Assembly: GCA_034112285.1 (NCBI GenBank)
Contig: JAWUVP010000016.1
Coordinates: forward strand, 14,403-78,402
Length of the DNA stretch: 64,000 bases
Origin: Gammaproteobacteria bacterium
Lineage (GTDB): Bacteria; Pseudomonadota; Gammaproteobacteria; JABDGN01
Reading direction: 5' to 3'
Numbering within the stretch: position 1 is the first letter of the stretch; each line of letters begins with the position of its first letter. The notes under the pieces were generated by a model, which saw only the letters and a list, made by a program, of their open reading frames with translations, did not search any database and was not told the origin of the DNA. A program made the position numbers and the translations under genes. Below are positions 30,247 to 42,842 of this stretch, in pieces.

Positions 30247-31425
30247 ATGATCATAAAGTCTATTCGCAGCTTTCTGCGTATTGAGGCGGCCAGCGGAATC
30301 TTATTAATCGCGACGTTAATCTTGGTTTTAATTGCTGCGAATACCCCACTGTTTCCTCTGTACCAAAAAATTCTCGCTATTCCCGTACAAATTCGAATAG
30401 GCGCGCTCGATATATTTAAGCCTTTAGAACTTTGGGTTAATGATGGTCTGATGGCGTTATTTTTTATGTTGCTAGCCCTAGAAATAAAACGTGAAATTCT
30501 TGATGGTGAGCTTTCTTCAGCGTCAAAATTGGCGCTGCCTTTATTTGCAGCAGTTGGTGGCATCGTGGCACCTATTGCCATTTACTTTTTAGTTATTGGC
30601 ACCCATAGCCTTTACCGCCCTGGATGGGCAATTCCTACCACCACGGATATTGCCTTAGTTTTAGGCCTGTTATCATTGCTGGGCAAACGCATCCCCATGA
30701 ATTTAAAATTGTTTTTAGTGGCTCTGTCTATAGTCGATGATATTGTCGCCATCGTGTTAATCGCCGTGTTTTATAGTAATCAAATTGCTTTTTTACCGCT
30801 CGCAATAGGCCTTGTAGGCATCATCATTATGGCCGTCATGGGCTATAAACGAGTAGGTAACATTAGTTTATATATGGTGATTGGGGCAATCGTCTGGGTA
30901 GCCATTCTCAAGTCTGGCGTGCATGCAACGCTAGCTGGGCTTGCGGTAGGTTTTTGTGTTCCACTAACGGCAAGTCACCCTGAGCAAGAATCACCTTTAA
31001 AAAGTTTAGAGCATACCCTACACCCATGGGTTGCGTTTTTAATCATGCCCATCTTTGTATTTATGAATGCCGGCATACCTTTTCAGACCGTAGAAGGCCT
31101 CACGCTTTTTTCCCCCATGCCTATTGGCATAGCGTTAGGCTTATTTATTGGCAAACAAGTTGGTATTTTCAGCTTTACGTTTCTTGCAGTGAAACTAGGC
31201 TTGGCACGCTTACCGCAAGGGGTAAATTGGTGGCATGTCTATGGTATTGCCGTGATGTCTGGTGTTGGCTTTACTATGAGCTTATTTATTGCCTCCTTAG
31301 CATTTGGCGAGGGCTCGCTAGAAATTATTAGCCGCCAAGGCATTATTTTCGGCTCGTTCCTTGCTGCAGCGGTGGGCATGCTAATACTTTTTGTCGCCGG
31401 GAAATCTTCACCAGGGCGATGCTAG
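30247..31425 (+). CDS. nhaA: Na+/H+ antiporter NhaA
   Basis: 392 aa. NhaA-typical TM layout and motifs (ALDIFKPLELWVNDGLMALFF, SIVDDI). Confidence 0.85.
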   Translation: MIIKSIRSFLRIEAASGILLIATLILVLIAANTPLFPLYQKILAIPVQIRIGALDIFKPLELWVNDGLMALFFMLLALEIKREILDGELSSASKLALPLFAAVGGIVAPIAIYFLVIGTHSLYRPGWAIPTTTDIALVLGLLSLLGKRIPMNLKLFLVALSIVDDIVAIVLIAVFYSNQIAFLPLAIGLVGIIIMAVMGYKRVGNISLYMVIGAIVWVAILKSGVHATLAGLAVGFCVPLTASHPEQESPLKSLEHTLHPWVAFLIMPIFVFMNAGIPFQTVEGLTLFSPMPIGIALGLFIGKQVGIFSFTFLAVKLGLARLPQGVNWWHVYGIAVMSGVGFTMSLFIASLAFGEGSLEIISRQGIIFGSFLAAAVGMLILFVAGKSSPGRC

Positions 31426-31612
31426 AAGTAACTTGAGAAGCCACTCTTGGAGAATGGTCTAGCAAGTCTCCGTTGCTAGGTAACGTTTATCCACAACAGG
31501 CCTGCATGGTGAATTCAACTAAATAGTCTCAATAAGGGCAGAATGTGGCTAAAGCCAAGTCTTGACGACTAATAATCTCGACAACATGTAGGCGACCATT
31601 ATTAAGAGGCAA

Positions 31613-31642
31613 TAAAAAACCACGCTAGTGCGTGGTTTTTTA
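31613..31642. terminator. bidirectional rho-independent terminator (A6-CCACGC-tagt-GCGTGG-T6) after rplQ
   Basis: 6-bp GC stem flanked by A6 on one side and T6 on the other. 19 nt past the rplQ stop on the minus strand. Confidence 0.6.
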
Positions 31643-31660
31643 TACAGAGAAAATAAAGCC

Positions 31661-32101
31661 TTATGCTTCGCTGGCAACTTCTTCTGTTTTATCTTTAGCA
31701 ACGTGCTCAATATTAGGCGTGGTGTTTTTCTCACCTTTAATAGGCGCTAATTCAACAAGCTGTACGATTGCCATTGGCGCATTATCGTCTTTACGATAAC
31801 CTGTTTTGATGATTCGTACATAACCACCTGGACGGGTTTTGTTACGAGGTCCTAAATCATCAAATAATTTTCTAACCGCATCTTTGTCGCGTAAGCGAGC
31901 AAATGCTAAGCGACGATTAGAAACGCTATCTTCTTTCGCAAGCGTAATCAATGGCTCTGCAACACGCAGTAATTCTTTCGCTTTTGGCAAAGTAGTCTTG
32001 ATTGTTTCATGTTGAAACAACGAAGTGGCCATGTTTTTAAACATCGCTTTACGATGGCTACTATTTCTGTTTAATTGACGACCTGACTGTCTATGACGCA
32101 T
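31661..32101 (-). CDS. rplQ: 50S ribosomal protein L17 (C-terminal ~20-aa extension relative to E. coli)
   Basis: [24 protein letters not shown]... collinear with L17. Confidence 0.9.
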   Translation of the reverse strand: MRHRQSGRQLNRNSSHRKAMFKNMATSLFQHETIKTTLPKAKELLRVAEPLITLAKEDSVSNRRLAFARLRDKDAVRKLFDDLGPRNKTRPGGYVRIIKTGYRKDDNAPMAIVQLVELAPIKGEKNTTPNIEHVAKDKTEEVASEA

Positions 32102-32126
32102 GGGTAATTCCTCTTTCTATCTGCTG

Positions 32127-33119
32127 TTACGCGGCTTCGTTGGTTAGGCTAACTGGTGGCCAAGTGTCAAGCTTCATGCCTAGTGACAAGCCACGCGATG
32201 CTAACACGTCTTTGATTTCGTTTAATGATTTTTTACCTAAGTTAGGTGCTTTCAAAAGCTCCATTTCACTACGTTGTACTAAATCACCAATGTAAAAAAT
32301 ATTTTCTGCTTTTAAGCAGTTTGCTGAACGCACCGTTAACTCTAAATCGTCAACAGATTGCACCAAGATAGGGTCAACCGTCTCTTCTTCAGTTTTGTTG
32401 CGGCTAGGCGCTGTTGTTTCTAAATCAACAAAAGCGGCTAATTGGAATTGTAAGATGTTTGCTGCACGACGAATCGCTTGCTCTGGATCTAATGTTCCAT
32501 CAGTTTCAACGTCTAATACTAATTTGTCTAAATCAGTACGTTGCTCAACACGCGCATTTTCAACGCTATAAGCAACACGGCTCACAGGACTGAATGAAGC
32601 GTCAAGCTGTAATAAACCGACAGGTTTAGTCGTATCTTCAGCCGTCACACGTGAAACAACAGGTTGATAACCACAACCACGCTGAACGACCATACTCATG
32701 TTCAGATCACCAGCATCGGTAAGATGCGCAATAACATGGTCTGGATTAACTATCTCAACATCATGCTCCAAAGTAATATCACCAGCAGTAACAGTACCCG
32801 GACCTTTTTTGTTTAACTGTAAAGTCACTTCATCGCGACCCTCAAGTTTGAAAGCAACGCCCTTAAGGTTTAGCAATACATCAATAACATCTTCTTCAAC
32901 GCCTTCGACAGAGCTGTATTCATGTAATACACCTTCAATTTTAGCTTCTACAACAGCACAACCAGCCATTGAAGATAATAGAATACGGCGTAACACATTG
33001 CCTAGGGTATGGCCAAAACCACGCTCAAAAGGCTCTAATGTGATTTTGAAATGATTATCGTTGAACTTTTCAACATCAATCGCTGTAGGGGTTAAAAAAT
33101 CTGTAACTTGATCTAACAT
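32127..33119 (-). CDS. rpoA: DNA-directed RNA polymerase alpha subunit
   Basis: 330 aa, full collinearity with RpoA (NTD plus alpha-CTD). Confidence 0.92.
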   Translation of the reverse strand: MLDQVTDFLTPTAIDVEKFNDNHFKITLEPFERGFGHTLGNVLRRILLSSMAGCAVVEAKIEGVLHEYSSVEGVEEDVIDVLLNLKGVAFKLEGRDEVTLQLNKKGPGTVTAGDITLEHDVEIVNPDHVIAHLTDAGDLNMSMVVQRGCGYQPVVSRVTAEDTTKPVGLLQLDASFSPVSRVAYSVENARVEQRTDLDKLVLDVETDGTLDPEQAIRRAANILQFQLAAFVDLETTAPSRNKTEEETVDPILVQSVDDLELTVRSANCLKAENIFYIGDLVQRSEMELLKAPNLGKKSLNEIKDVLASRGLSLGMKLDTWPPVSLTNEAA

Positions 33120-33174
33120 TTATTACCTCATAATCCAAAAAACTTGCCGCTGAATAGAGCGGCAAAAAACTAAT

Positions 33175-33795
33175 TTACTTAGAGTACAGCTCAACAACCA
33201 ATTGCTCATTGATTTCAGCTGGCAACTCACTACGCTCTGGCAACGTTTTAAAAGTGGCCTTCATGTCCTTAGCGTTAACGTCGATCCATTCAACAGGGGC
33301 ACGCTGTTCAGATAACTCTAGAGCGGCTTGAATACGACCTTGTGTACGTGATTTTTCGCGTACTTGTATAATTTCACCCGGCTGTACACTGAATGAAGGA
33401 ATGTTAACGACAGTCTCATTAACCATAATCGCTTTATGGTTTACTAACTGACGAGCTTCTGCACGTGTTGAAGCGAAACCACTGCGATATACTACGTTAT
33501 CTAGACGTTGCTCAAGAAGGAATAACAAGTTTTCACCCGTAGCGCCTTTCTTTTTGGCAGCTTTTTTATAGTAATTACGAAATTGCTTTTCTAGCACGCC
33601 ATACAACCGACGGATTAATTGCTTTTGGCGTAATTGAACACCATAGTCAGATAATCGTGTGCGACGTAAGCCGTGTTGACCAGGAGGTACGTCAGCTTTA
33701 CATTTAGATGCTAGTGAACGTACACCACTTTTAAGGTATAAATCAGTGCCTTCGCGGCGAGATAATTTACATTTTGGACCAATATATTTTGCCAT
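33175..33795 (-). CDS. rpsD: 30S ribosomal protein S4
   Basis: [19 protein letters not shown]... Confidence 0.92.
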   Translation of the reverse strand: MAKYIGPKCKLSRREGTDLYLKSGVRSLASKCKADVPPGQHGLRRTRLSDYGVQLRQKQLIRRLYGVLEKQFRNYYKKAAKKKGATGENLLFLLEQRLDNVVYRSGFASTRAEARQLVNHKAIMVNETVVNIPSFSVQPGEIIQVREKSRTQGRIQAALELSEQRAPVEWIDVNAKDMKATFKTLPERSELPAEINEQLVVELYSK

Positions 33796-33812
33796 TTTCT
33801 TCGTTCCTCAGC

Positions 33813-34202
33813 TTATACGCGACGTTTTTTCGGCGGGCGACAACCATTATGTGGGATTGGAGTTCGGTCTTCGATACTTCCAACTGTTATGCCTGCGCCA
33901 TTAAATGCGCGGACAGCAGACTCACGGCCGGGGCCAGGTCCTTTAATACGTACATCTACGCGAGTCATTTTAAATTCTTCTTTAACCGTGTTGGCTAAAT
34001 TATCTGCTGCTACCTGAGCGGCAAAAGGAGTGTGTTTACGAGAGCTAGTAAAACCAGCTGCACCAGAGCTAGACTGACGTAAAGAGTTACCTTGACGGTC
34101 TGTTACTGTAACAATCGTGTTATTGAATGAAGCATGAATATGAAGAATACCTTCACTCACAACTCTTTTCGCTTTTTTGGTTTTACGCTTTGCGTCTGAC
34201 AT
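33813..34202 (-). CDS. rpsK: 30S ribosomal protein S11
   Basis: Typical S11 sequence ([15 protein letters not shown]). Confidence 0.92.
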   Translation of the reverse strand: MSDAKRKTKKAKRVVSEGILHIHASFNNTIVTVTDRQGNSLRQSSSGAAGFTSSRKHTPFAAQVAADNLANTVKEEFKMTRVDVRIKGPGPGRESAVRAFNGAGITVGSIEDRTPIPHNGCRPPKKRRV

Positions 34203-34225
34203 AATCTATTCCTAAATGTTGTAAG

Positions 34226-34582
34226 TTAACCGCGAATTGGCTTACGAGGGCCTTTACGGGTTCTAGCATTTGTTTTCGTACGTTGACCGCGCAATGGCAA
34301 GCCTCGACGATGACGAATACCACGGTAGCACTTTAAATCAATTAAGCGCTTAATATTCATCGCAATTTCACGGCGAAGATCACCTTCGATAGTGAATTTA
34401 GTCACTTCACTACGCAAAGTTTCAATCTCTGCTTCTGTTAAGTCTTTAATTTTTGCTGCCCGCTTAATGCTGACTGCATCACAAATCTTTTGTGCTCGCG
34501 GACGACCAATACCAAAGATTGAGGTTAAAGCAATCTCTGTATGCTTATGGTCTGGAACATTTACTCCGCCTATACGCGCCAT
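34226..34582 (-). CDS. rpsM: 30S ribosomal protein S13
   Basis: [14 protein letters not shown]... Confidence 0.92.
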   Translation of the reverse strand: MARIGGVNVPDHKHTEIALTSIFGIGRPRAQKICDAVSIKRAAKIKDLTEAEIETLRSEVTKFTIEGDLRREIAMNIKRLIDLKCYRGIRHRRGLPLRGQRTKTNARTRKGPRKPIRG

Positions 34583-34732
34583 CTAAAACTCCTAAGTGTT
34601 TCATTTTATTAACTATTATAAAATCCGTAATGTATACCGGAAAAGCCGGCAAGAATACACCGCTAACGGGGAAAAATCAAGCTTAAATAGCCAAAAAAGT
34701 ATGTCTTTCTCAACCAAGCTATCAATACCAAA

Positions 34733-34846
34733 TTAACCTTGACGTTGCTTATGACGCGGTTCTTTACAGATAACGCGTACAACACCCTTACGGAGAACTA
34801 TTTTACAATTACGACAAATCTTCTTTACTGAAGCTCCAACTTTCAT
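34733..34846 (-). CDS. rpmJ: 50S ribosomal protein L36 (37 aa; absent from the ORF track because it is short)
   Basis: Manual translation of the minus strand gives [37 protein letters not shown]. Canonical zinc-ribbon L36 between secY and rpsM. Confidence 0.85.
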   Translation of the reverse strand: MKVGASVKKICRNCKIVLRKGVVRVICKEPRHKQRQG

Positions 34847-34957
34847 GCTTTTCTCTCTTAATCAATTGATTATTACACCAGGCCTAATACCAAAGCCTTT
34901 AACGCTCTGATTTTACACCATTTTTTCTATTTTCATCACCAGGATGAGAATGCTGTA

Positions 34958-36295
34958 TTAGCCGAACAAGCCACCACCGGTTATGCCTGTACCGCGAGTA
35001 TTACCTTTCTTCATTAATGACTCATATTGGTGAGACATTAAATGTGACTGCACTTGAGCCATAAAGTCCATGAGTACCACGACAATAATAAGCAAAGAAG
35101 TACCACCGAAGTAGAAGGGAACATTCCAAATTGCGGTTAGTATTTCTGGCACCAGCGCCACGCCCACTAAATACATCGACCCAACAAAGGTTAAACGCGT
35201 CATCACCGTATCAACATAACGTGCAGTTTGATCGCCAGGCCTGATACCCGGGATGAATGCCCCAGATTTTTTCAAGTTGTCGGCAGTATCTTTTGGGTTC
35301 ATCGTCAACGCAGTGTAAAAGAAGGCGAAGAAGATAATTAACGCGGCATATAATAGTATATAAACGGGCTGTCCTGGCGATAGCGCAAGTCCAATTTCAC
35401 TTAACCAGTGCATATTGGGACCATGACCAAACCAGCTAGCAAGCCCAGCAGGCACCGTGATGATGCTGGTAGCAAAAATAACAGGGATAACACCAGACAT
35501 GTTGATTTTTAATGGCAGGTGGCTTGTTTGCGCTGCATAGAGACGCTTACCTTGCTGGCGTTGCGGGTAATTAATTTTAATACGCCGCTGTGCACGCTCC
35601 ATAAAGACAACAAAAGCGGTAATCAGTAAAATAGCGGCCAGAATTAGAAACAATGATATTACCGACATTTCACCTTGCTTTGCTTGGGTCAATGTCCGAC
35701 CAACAGCACCAGGCAAGCCAGCAACAATTCCAGCGAAGATGATTAATGAAATACCGTTACCCACACCACGTTCAGTAATTTGTTCACCGAGCCACATTAA
35801 AAACATCGTGCCGGTTACCAAACATACAACAGCGGTAACATAAAAAGAAAAACTCGGGTTTAAGGCAATACCTTGGCTAGCCAATAACTTGGTCATACCA
35901 AAGGCTTGAACTGTGGCAAGGGCTAATGTACCCATTCGAGTGTATTGATTTATCTTACGACGGCCAGATTCACCTTCTTTTTTCAATTGCTCAAGCCTAG
36001 GCGACACAGAAGAAAGTAACTGCACAATAATCGATGCAGAAATATAAGGCATCACACTAAGGGCAAAGATAGTTAAACGGCGTAATGAACCACCCGAAAA
36101 CAGATTAAACATACCCAATATTCCACCACCCGGTGAATCATTGAATAAATGCGCTAAACGACTAGGGTCTAAACCTGGAATAGGGACGTAAGAACCAATT
36201 CGAAATACAAATAAGCCAAACAGAACATATAACAAACGACGTTTAAGTTCTCCTAAGCCACCTTGGCTTAAGCTTCCTGCGGATGGTTTGGCCAT
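34958..36295 (-). CDS. secY: preprotein translocase subunit SecY
   Basis: 445 aa, 10 [14 protein letters not shown]-terminus. Confidence 0.92.
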   Translation of the reverse strand: MAKPSAGSLSQGGLGELKRRLLYVLFGLFVFRIGSYVPIPGLDPSRLAHLFNDSPGGGILGMFNLFSGGSLRRLTIFALSVMPYISASIIVQLLSSVSPRLEQLKKEGESGRRKINQYTRMGTLALATVQAFGMTKLLASQGIALNPSFSFYVTAVVCLVTGTMFLMWLGEQITERGVGNGISLIIFAGIVAGLPGAVGRTLTQAKQGEMSVISLFLILAAILLITAFVVFMERAQRRIKINYPQRQQGKRLYAAQTSHLPLKINMSGVIPVIFATSIITVPAGLASWFGHGPNMHWLSEIGLALSPGQPVYILLYAALIIFFAFFYTALTMNPKDTADNLKKSGAFIPGIRPGDQTARYVDTVMTRLTFVGSMYLVGVALVPEILTAIWNVPFYFGGTSLLIIVVVLMDFMAQVQSHLMSHQYESLMKKGNTRGTGITGGGLFG

Positions 36296-36299
36296 TTAA

Positions 36300-36743
36300 T
36301 TATTCCTCGACTTTACCACCAGCAAGTTCAATCGCTTTTAAAGCGCCTTTGCTAGCTTTGATGCCTTTTAATGTTACAGGTTTTGTGATTTCTCCAGATA
36401 ACATAACTTTAGCGAATTTCATGGTACCACTGATAATTCCGGCCTTTTTTAGCGCGTTAAGATCAATAATATCAGCTTTAACTTTAGCTAATTCGTCTAA
36501 ACGAACTTCAGCAGTTACTTTTGCTTTACGTGAACTAAAACCAAATTTAGGTAAGCGACGTTGAATTGGCATTTGACCGCCTTCAAATCCAACTTTATGG
36601 TAACCACCAGAACGAGACTTCTGGCCTTTCACACCGCGACCACATGTTTTACCTAGTGTACAGCCGACACCGCGACCAACACGTTTAGCATTTTTTTTCG
36701 AGCCTTCTGCAGGCTTTAAAGTATTTAAGTGCATATTAAGCAA
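36300..36743 (-). CDS. rplO: 50S ribosomal protein L15 (true start probably the ATG at 36734)
   Basis: [14 protein letters not shown]...GRGxxxGxGKTxGRG. Confidence 0.9.
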   Translation of the reverse strand: MLNMHLNTLKPAEGSKKNAKRVGRGVGCTLGKTCGRGVKGQKSRSGGYHKVGFEGGQMPIQRRLPKFGFSSRKAKVTAEVRLDELAKVKADIIDLNALKKAGIISGTMKFAKVMLSGEITKPVTLKGIKASKGALKAIELAGGKVEE

Positions 36744-36942
36744 CCTCTTCGACTTTAAGTAAGTATGCGACTTTATCGATCATACCTTTATTTTCTGGAG
36801 TCAATGGCACCACAACTGATTGGTGCATACGACGACGTAGGCCAAGACCGAACACACTAGCGCAATGCTTTTTCGTGCGGCGATTCAAGCTACGTACTAA
36901 TGTAACTTTAACCTGTGTAACTTTAACTTCTTTTTTAGCCAT
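36736..36942 (-). CDS. rpmD: 50S ribosomal protein L30
   Basis: MAKK..VKVT..RS..GLGLRR. Spc operon position. Confidence 0.88.
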   Translation of the reverse strand: MAKKEVKVTQVKVTLVRSLNRRTKKHCASVFGLGLRRRMHQSVVVPLTPENKGMIDKVAYLLKVEEVA

Positions 36943-36947
36943 TGGAT

Positions 36948-37457
36948 TTATCCTGTAATTTCTTCAACAGTTTTACCACGTTTACGCGCCACTTTTTCAG
37001 GCGAATTAATACGTTTCAGACCATTCAATGTTGCTCGCATAACGTTATCGGGATTAGATGAACCGTTGATTTTTGCCAACACATCCTCTATCCCTAACAC
37101 TTCAAACACCGGGCGCATAGCGCCACCGGCAATAATACCTGTACCAGTAGAAGCAGGCTTCATAAACACACGAGTAGCACCGTGACGCCCAACAATCTCA
37201 TGATGTAACGTTTTACCGTTCAGATCAACGTCAATCATGTTTCTGCGTGCAGCTTCCATCGCTTTTTGAATGGCGACAGGTACTTCGCGTGCTTTACCGC
37301 GACCGATACCAACACGGCCATCTCCATCGCCTACAACGACAGAAGCAGAGAAACTAAAAATTCGTCCACCCTTGACTACTTTTGAGTTACGTTCAACCGC
37401 AACTAATTTTTCTTGTAAACCATCTGTTTGATTTTGAGACTTTTGTTCAGCTGCCAT
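36948..37457 (-). CDS. rpsE: 30S ribosomal protein S5
   Basis: 169 aa, [11 protein letters not shown]. Confidence 0.92.
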   Translation of the reverse strand: MAAEQKSQNQTDGLQEKLVAVERNSKVVKGGRIFSFSASVVVGDGDGRVGIGRGKAREVPVAIQKAMEAARRNMIDVDLNGKTLHHEIVGRHGATRVFMKPASTGTGIIAGGAMRPVFEVLGIEDVLAKINGSSNPDNVMRATLNGLKRINSPEKVARKRGKTVEEITG

Positions 37458-37466
37458 GTTTAACCC

Positions 37467-37823
37467 TTAAAACTGTAGACCGCTTTCACGAGCGGCATCG
37501 GCCAACGCTTGAACGCGACCATGATATTTAAAACCAGAACGGTCAAAAGCAACCTTCGTAACACCTGCTTTAACAGCACGTTCTGCAACCAGCTTACCAA
37601 TAAACTTAGCGGCATCAATGTTTCCACCGTGCTTAAGCTCTTTGCGCGTTTCTTTATCAAGCGTTGAGGCGCTAGCCAAAACTTTACTGCCACATGGGGC
37701 AATAACTTGCGCATAAGTATGCATCGGAGTGCGATGAATCGACAAGCGAATCTCACCTAACTCTCTAATTTTATGTCTGGCGCGTGCACCACGACGTTTA
37801 CGAACTTGTATCTTCTTATCCAT
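37467..37823 (-). CDS. rplR: 50S ribosomal protein L18
   Basis: [16 protein letters not shown]... Confidence 0.9.
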   Translation of the reverse strand: MDKKIQVRKRRGARARHKIRELGEIRLSIHRTPMHTYAQVIAPCGSKVLASASTLDKETRKELKHGGNIDAAKFIGKLVAERAVKAGVTKVAFDRSGFKYHGRVQALADAARESGLQF

Positions 37824-37832
37824 AACTAAACC

Positions 37833-38366
37833 CTACTTCTTCTTAGCTTCTTTACGAACAACTTGTTCATCAGCATAACGAACACCCTTACCTTTATAAG
37901 GCTCTGGTGGACGATAAGCACGAATCTCAGCGGCCACTTGACCTACTTGTTGCTTATTAATACCCTTTACCACAACTTCTGTTTGGCTAGGGGTTTCAAC
38001 AATAACACCTTCTGGCACTTCATGGTTAACGGGGTGCGAGAAACCTAATGTTAAATTCAAGATTTGACCTTGTGCTTTTGCACGGTAACCAACGCCAACC
38101 AGCGTCAATTTACGTTCAAAGCCTGCACTGACACCTATAACCATATTATTTAATAGAGCGCGAGTTGTACCGGCCATCATGTTAGCAACACGATCGCTAG
38201 GACTGTAATCTAAAGTTAAAATGTTATCGTTCTGCACGAGCTTGAGGCAATTTGGCAATTTATGCTCTAAACTACCCTTCGCACCTTTAATAGTGACTTG
38301 ACGACCTGTTTGTTTCAATTCAACACCGTTTGGTAATTCAATTGGACTGCTTGCAATACGCGACAT
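37833..38366 (-). CDS. rplF: 50S ribosomal protein L6
   Basis: MSRIASSPIELPNGVEL... Confidence 0.92.
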   Translation of the reverse strand: MSRIASSPIELPNGVELKQTGRQVTIKGAKGSLEHKLPNCLKLVQNDNILTLDYSPSDRVANMMAGTTRALLNNMVIGVSAGFERKLTLVGVGYRAKAQGQILNLTLGFSHPVNHEVPEGVIVETPSQTEVVVKGINKQQVGQVAAEIRAYRPPEPYKGKGVRYADEQVVRKEAKKK

Positions 38367-38374
38367 GTTAGCTC

Positions 38375-38770
38375 CTAAACCACTTCAGCTAGCACTTCAC
38401 CGCCAAGATTGGCTTTGCGTGCTGCTTTTTCTGTCATTACACCTTTTGGTGTAGAAATAATTGCGATACCTAAACCGTTATCGACTCTAGGTAACTCTTT
38501 GCTACCTTTATAAACGCGAAGACTAGGACGGCTAATACGCTTGATACGCTCAATAACCGGCATGCCATCACAATACTTTAAAGTAATATCCAAAGTTGGC
38601 TTACCATTGTTATCGTCAGTACGGTAACTATCAATAAAACCTTCTTTCTTTAATACAGCTGCAATCGCTACTTTAATAGTTGAGCTAGGCATTGCTACAT
38701 TTACTTTTTTTGCCATATGTCCATTACGTACGCGGGTGAACATATCAGCTATCGGATCTTGCATACTCAT
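38375..38770 (-). CDS. rpsH: 30S ribosomal protein S8 (start at the [13 protein letters not shown], not the longer ORF-track start)
   Basis: The canonical S8 N-terminus [17 protein letters not shown] begins 13 nt after the rpsN stop. Confidence 0.9.
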   Translation of the reverse strand: MSMQDPIADMFTRVRNGHMAKKVNVAMPSSTIKVAIAAVLKKEGFIDSYRTDDNNGKPTLDITLKYCDGMPVIERIKRISRPSLRVYKGSKELPRVDNGLGIAIISTPKGVMTEKAARKANLGGEVLAEVV

Positions 38771-38783
38771 TGTTAATAACTCC

Positions 38784-39089
38784 TTACCAACTTGCTTTAC
38801 GCAAGCCTGGGACATCGCCCATCATTGTTGCTTCACGCAGCTTATTACGGCCAAGGCCAAATTTACTATAGACACCGCGAGGACGTCCAGTCAAAAAGCA
38901 GCGCGTGCGTTGACGACACGGGCTTGCATTGCGAGGCAACGCTTGAAACTTAAGCTGCGCTTCCCATTGCTCATCATCACTTGAATTCACATCAGCAATG
39001 ATTCTCTTTAATTCTGCGCGTTTTTTTGCATATTTTGCAACGGTACGTGCCCGTTTTTTTTCACGCTCTACAACTGCTTTTCTGGCCAT
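38784..39089 (-). CDS. rpsN: 30S ribosomal protein S14
   Basis: [13 protein letters not shown]... Confidence 0.9.
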   Translation of the reverse strand: MARKAVVEREKKRARTVAKYAKKRAELKRIIADVNSSDDEQWEAQLKFQALPRNASPCRQRTRCFLTGRPRGVYSKFGLGRNKLREATMMGDVPGLRKASW

Positions 39090-39101
39090 AAAATATCTAC
39101 C

Positions 39102-39641
39102 TTAACGTTTAAATGGGAAATTAAACCCAGTCAATAATGCTTTTGAGGCATCAACATCTTTACCACTTGTTGTGATACAAATATCTAAACCACGAATTTT
39201 GTCTACTTTATCGTATTCAATTTCAGGAAATACGATTTGCTCAGTAATACCCAAACTGTAGTTACCTTGGCCATCAAAAGATTTAGGGCTTAAACCACGA
39301 AAATCACGTACACGAGGTAACGCAATACTCACTAAGCGGTCTAAAAACTCATACATCTTTTCGCCACGTAAAGTAACTTTACAGCCAATAGGCCATTCTT
39401 CACGAATTTTAAAGCCTGCAATCGATTTGCGTGCCTTGGTAACAATCGGTTTTTGCCCAGCGATGAGAGTCATATCACTCACAGCTGCATCAATTGCTTT
39501 CTTGTCATTTACTGATTCGCCAACACCCATATTGAGTGTAATTTTTGTAATTTTAGGCGCCTGCATTACGCTACCGAAAGAAAATTGCTCTACCAATTTA
39601 GGTAGAATTTCTTTTTGATAATGTTCCTTTAATCTAGCCAT
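39102..39641 (-). CDS. rplE: 50S ribosomal protein L5
   Basis: [12 protein letters not shown]... Confidence 0.92.
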   Translation of the reverse strand: MARLKEHYQKEILPKLVEQFSFGSVMQAPKITKITLNMGVGESVNDKKAIDAAVSDMTLIAGQKPIVTKARKSIAGFKIREEWPIGCKVTLRGEKMYEFLDRLVSIALPRVRDFRGLSPKSFDGQGNYSLGITEQIVFPEIEYDKVDKIRGLDICITTSGKDVDASKALLTGFNFPFKR

Positions 39642-39653
39642 TGTTAACCACCA

Positions 39654-39977
39654 TTAAACGTCAATTTGCTCGCCGTTCGATTTAAATACTCGAACTTTAC
39701 GACCGTCTTCTAAAACTTTAAAACCAACACGGTCCGCTTTCTCAGATGTTGGATTAAAAATCGCAACATTAGAAGCAGTAATGCTAGCTTCAATCTCTTT
39801 AATTCCGCCTTGCTCTTGAATGTTTGGGTTAGGACGAACATGCTTTTTAACCATGTTAAGACCCTCTACAAACAAACGTCCAGCTTTTGGCAACATACTT
39901 GTGATGGTGCCTTGACGACCCTTGTCTTTACCAGCAATAAGAATTACTTTATCACCTTTTTTTAATTTACTAGCCAT
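39654..39977 (-). CDS. rplX: 50S ribosomal protein L24
   Basis: KGDKVILIAGKDKG KOW motif. Confidence 0.9.
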   Translation of the reverse strand: MASKLKKGDKVILIAGKDKGRQGTITSMLPKAGRLFVEGLNMVKKHVRPNPNIQEQGGIKEIEASITASNVAIFNPTSEKADRVGFKVLEDGRKVRVFKSNGEQIDV

Positions 39978-39990
39978 AAATCCTCTCTCT

Positions 39991-40359
39991 CTATAATACT
40001 TCAGGGGCTAAGGATACGATTTTCATGAATTTTGCGTTACGCAATTCACGGGTTACCGGTCCAAAGATTCGAGTACCAATCGGCTGAAGCTGTGCATTCA
40101 ACAACACAACCGCATTATTATCAAATTTGATTTTTGAACCATCTTTACGACGAACACCAGCAGCAGTACGCACGACCACAGCCTTCATGACTTCGCCTTT
40201 TTTCACTTTACCACGTGGAATAGCCGTTTTGACACTAACTACAATAACATCACCGACACTTGCGTAACGACGATGAGAACCACCTAATACTTTAATACAC
40301 ATCACACGACGAGCACCGCTATTATCTGCTACGTCTAACCTGGTCTGCATTTGAATCAT
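39991..40359 (-). CDS. rplN: 50S ribosomal protein L14
   Basis: [17 protein letters not shown]... Confidence 0.92.
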   Translation of the reverse strand: MIQMQTRLDVADNSGARRVMCIKVLGGSHRRYASVGDVIVVSVKTAIPRGKVKKGEVMKAVVVRTAAGVRRKDGSKIKFDNNAVVLLNAQLQPIGTRIFGPVTRELRNAKFMKIVSLAPEVL

Positions 40360-40600
40360 TTATTTGCTCCAATTTTTTAATCTAACAATATTTTTTGCTA
40401 GATTCGAGGAAAGGTCATACACCCTTAACCTCTGTGCTAACCCATTGATTTTACTCATTTAGGATTGCAGTTCACTCTCGCCGCATAACAATGCTACAGG
40501 GTGAAAGGGCGCTAAGTATACCACCTGTTTATAAAAACGAAAGGACAAAAAACAGCTTTTTACTAATTTTCGTCCTTTTATTGATAAGCTTCTGATTTAA

Positions 40601-40864
40601 CTAAGCTTTTTCCAGGACTTCGACTAACTCCCAAGACTTTGTTTTAGATCTTGGACGTCCTTCTTGAATTCGCACTATATCACCTTCAGCACACTGATTT
40701 TCAGCATCATGCGCTTTAAGCTTGCTAGAACGTTTTACATACTTCTTATAAATAGGGTCTTTGACCTTACGTTCTACCAACACAGTAATAGTTTGGTTCA
40801 TTTTATTGCTAGTTACACGACCTGTCTCGGTACGAACAACTTTTTCACGTTTTAATTCACTCAT
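40601..40864 (-). CDS. rpsQ: 30S ribosomal protein S17
   Basis: [16 protein letters not shown]...[10 protein letters not shown]. Confidence 0.9.
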   Translation of the reverse strand: MSELKREKVVRTETGRVTSNKMNQTITVLVERKVKDPIYKKYVKRSSKLKAHDAENQCAEGDIVRIQEGRPRSKTKSWELVEVLEKA

Positions 40865-41079
40865 GCGGCCTCAACCTTGTTCTTGCGTTCATTGTTCTTA
40901 CGTTCACTGATTACGGTTTTTACGCGGGCAATATCACGACTGACATCGCGTAAACGGTGTGAGCTAGCTAATTGGCCTGTACCTTTTTGCATCCGTAAAT
41001 TGAAACGCTCGCGAGTTAATGCTAACAATTCGTCTTGCAACGCCTTGTCATCTTTATCTCTTAATTCATTTGCTTTCAT
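40861..41079 (-). CDS. rpmC: 50S ribosomal protein L29
   Basis: MKANELRDK...FNLRMQ. Confidence 0.88.
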   Translation of the reverse strand: MKANELRDKDDKALQDELLALTRERFNLRMQKGTGQLASSHRLRDVSRDIARVKTVISERKNNERKNKVEAA

Positions 41080-41492
41080 TATAATACCGTCCGATTAATA
41101 AATTTGGTTTTCACAGGTAGTTTAGAAGCTGCTAGCGCAAAAGCTTCGCGCGCAATTTCTTCTGATACACCTTCCATTTCGAAAAGCATGCGACCTGGCT
41201 GTACTAAAGCAACCCAATGATCAACACTACCTTTACCTTTACCTTGACGCACTTCTAAAGGTTTTTTAGTGATGGGCTTGTCTGGGAATATACGAATCCA
41301 GATTTGTCCACCACGCTTAATACGTCGTGTCATTGCGCGACGAGCCGCTTCAATTTGACGTGCAGTAATGCGTGCACGACCATCACAACGTAAACCAAAC
41401 TCACCAAAGCTCACTTTGTTACCTCTGGTAGCCAAGCCGCGGTTACGACCTTTATGCATTTTTCGGAATTTTGTCCGTTTTGGCTGTAACAT
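41079..41492 (-). CDS. rplP: 50S ribosomal protein L16
   Basis: [19 protein letters not shown]... Confidence 0.92.
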   Translation of the reverse strand: MLQPKRTKFRKMHKGRNRGLATRGNKVSFGEFGLRCDGRARITARQIEAARRAMTRRIKRGGQIWIRIFPDKPITKKPLEVRQGKGKGSVDHWVALVQPGRMLFEMEGVSEEIAREAFALAASKLPVKTKFINRTVL

Positions 41493-41509
41493 TCTTCTAT
41501 CCTCTTAAC

Positions 41510-42199
41510 TTAAGCGGCTTTTTTGCCTGATTTCGATTTCTTCTCATCATCGCTTGTTTTGGCTTCATGATTTTCGCCATAAACTTCGCCTTTGAAGATC
41601 CATACTTTCACACCAATAATACCGTAAGTGGTTAATGCCTCAGCAGTACCATAATCGATATCAGCACGGAAGGTTTGTAGAGGTACACGACCTTCATGAT
41701 AGCCTTCACTACGTGCAATTTCAGCGCCGCCTAAACGACCAGCAGCTTTAATTTTGATACCTTCAGCACCAGCACGTTGTGCAGCGCTAATAGCACGCTT
41801 CATTGCACGACGAAACATAACGCGCTTTTCTAATTGCTGCGCGACTGATTCAGCGACTAACTGAGCATCAACTTCTGGGCGACGAACTTCTTCGATGTCA
41901 ATGTGCACGGGCACACCCATCATTTTCGTCACTTCTTTACGTACTTTCTCAACGTCACCACCTTTTTTACCGATAATCACGCCTGGACGTGCAGTATAGA
42001 TAGTGATCTTAGCATTTTGCGCAGGGCGCTCAATTTTAATGCGGCTGATTCCAGCTTTTGCTAAGCGTTTTTTTAAGAAAGCGCGTACTTCCATATCAGC
42101 TTGCAATTTTTCAGCGTAATCAGTGCTGGCATACCATTTAGAGTTCCAATCGCGAACAATACCTAAGCGTATACCCGTTGGATGAACTTTTTGTCCCAT
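41510..42199 (-). CDS. rpsC: 30S ribosomal protein S3
   Basis: [13 protein letters not shown]... Confidence 0.92.
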   Translation of the reverse strand: MGQKVHPTGIRLGIVRDWNSKWYASTDYAEKLQADMEVRAFLKKRLAKAGISRIKIERPAQNAKITIYTARPGVIIGKKGGDVEKVRKEVTKMMGVPVHIDIEEVRRPEVDAQLVAESVAQQLEKRVMFRRAMKRAISAAQRAGAEGIKIKAAGRLGGAEIARSEGYHEGRVPLQTFRADIDYGTAEALTTYGIIGVKVWIFKGEVYGENHEAKTSDDEKKSKSGKKAA

Positions 42200-42212
42200 A
42201 GTTTATCTACCT

Positions 42213-42545
42213 TTAATCGTCTGACACAATCACAGTGATGTGACTGGTACGTTTTAAAATACTATTAACTCGGCCTTTTGCACGAGGACGATGACGTTTG
42301 TACGTCGCGCCTTCATCAACAAAAATGCGTTTAATACTCAACTCATCGACATCTGCACCGTCGTTGTTTTCAGCATTTGCTACGGCAGAATTTACTAATT
42401 TCTTAATAATGACTGCGGCTTTCTTTGGACTGAATTCCAAAAGCTCTAGGGCTTTATCTACTGGCATAGTGCGAATTTGGTCAGCAACCAAACGTGCTTT
42501 TTGCGCTGAGATGCGTACTGCTTTTAATTTAGCTGTAGTTTCCAT
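42213..42545 (-). CDS. rplV: 50S ribosomal protein L22
   Basis: [20 protein letters not shown]... Confidence 0.9.
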   Translation of the reverse strand: METTAKLKAVRISAQKARLVADQIRTMPVDKALELLEFSPKKAAVIIKKLVNSAVANAENNDGADVDELSIKRIFVDEGATYKRHRPRAKGRVNSILKRTSHITVIVSDD

Positions 42546-42556
42546 CGTTATTCCTC

Positions 42557-42829
42557 TTACTTCGCTTTTCGGTCGCCGGCGTGCACTTTAAAAGTACGCG
42601 TCAAGGCAAATTCACCCGCTTTATGTCCAACCATCTGTTCAGTAACAACTGTTGGTATAAATTGGCGGCCATTATGAATCGCTAATTTTAAACCTACCAT
42701 ATCTGGCGTTATCATTGAACGACGAGACCAGGTTTTAATTGGTTTTTTGTCACCATTGGCAACAGCCTTTTCAACTTTCTTTGCTAATGATAAATCAACA
42801 AAAGGGCCTTTTTTTAATGAACGTGGCAT
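42557..42829 (-). CDS. rpsS: 30S ribosomal protein S19
   Basis: [13 protein letters not shown]... Confidence 0.92.
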   Translation of the reverse strand: MPRSLKKGPFVDLSLAKKVEKAVANGDKKPIKTWSRRSMITPDMVGLKLAIHNGRQFIPTVVTEQMVGHKAGEFALTRTFKVHAGDRKAK

Positions 42830-42842
42830 AATTATTTATCCT

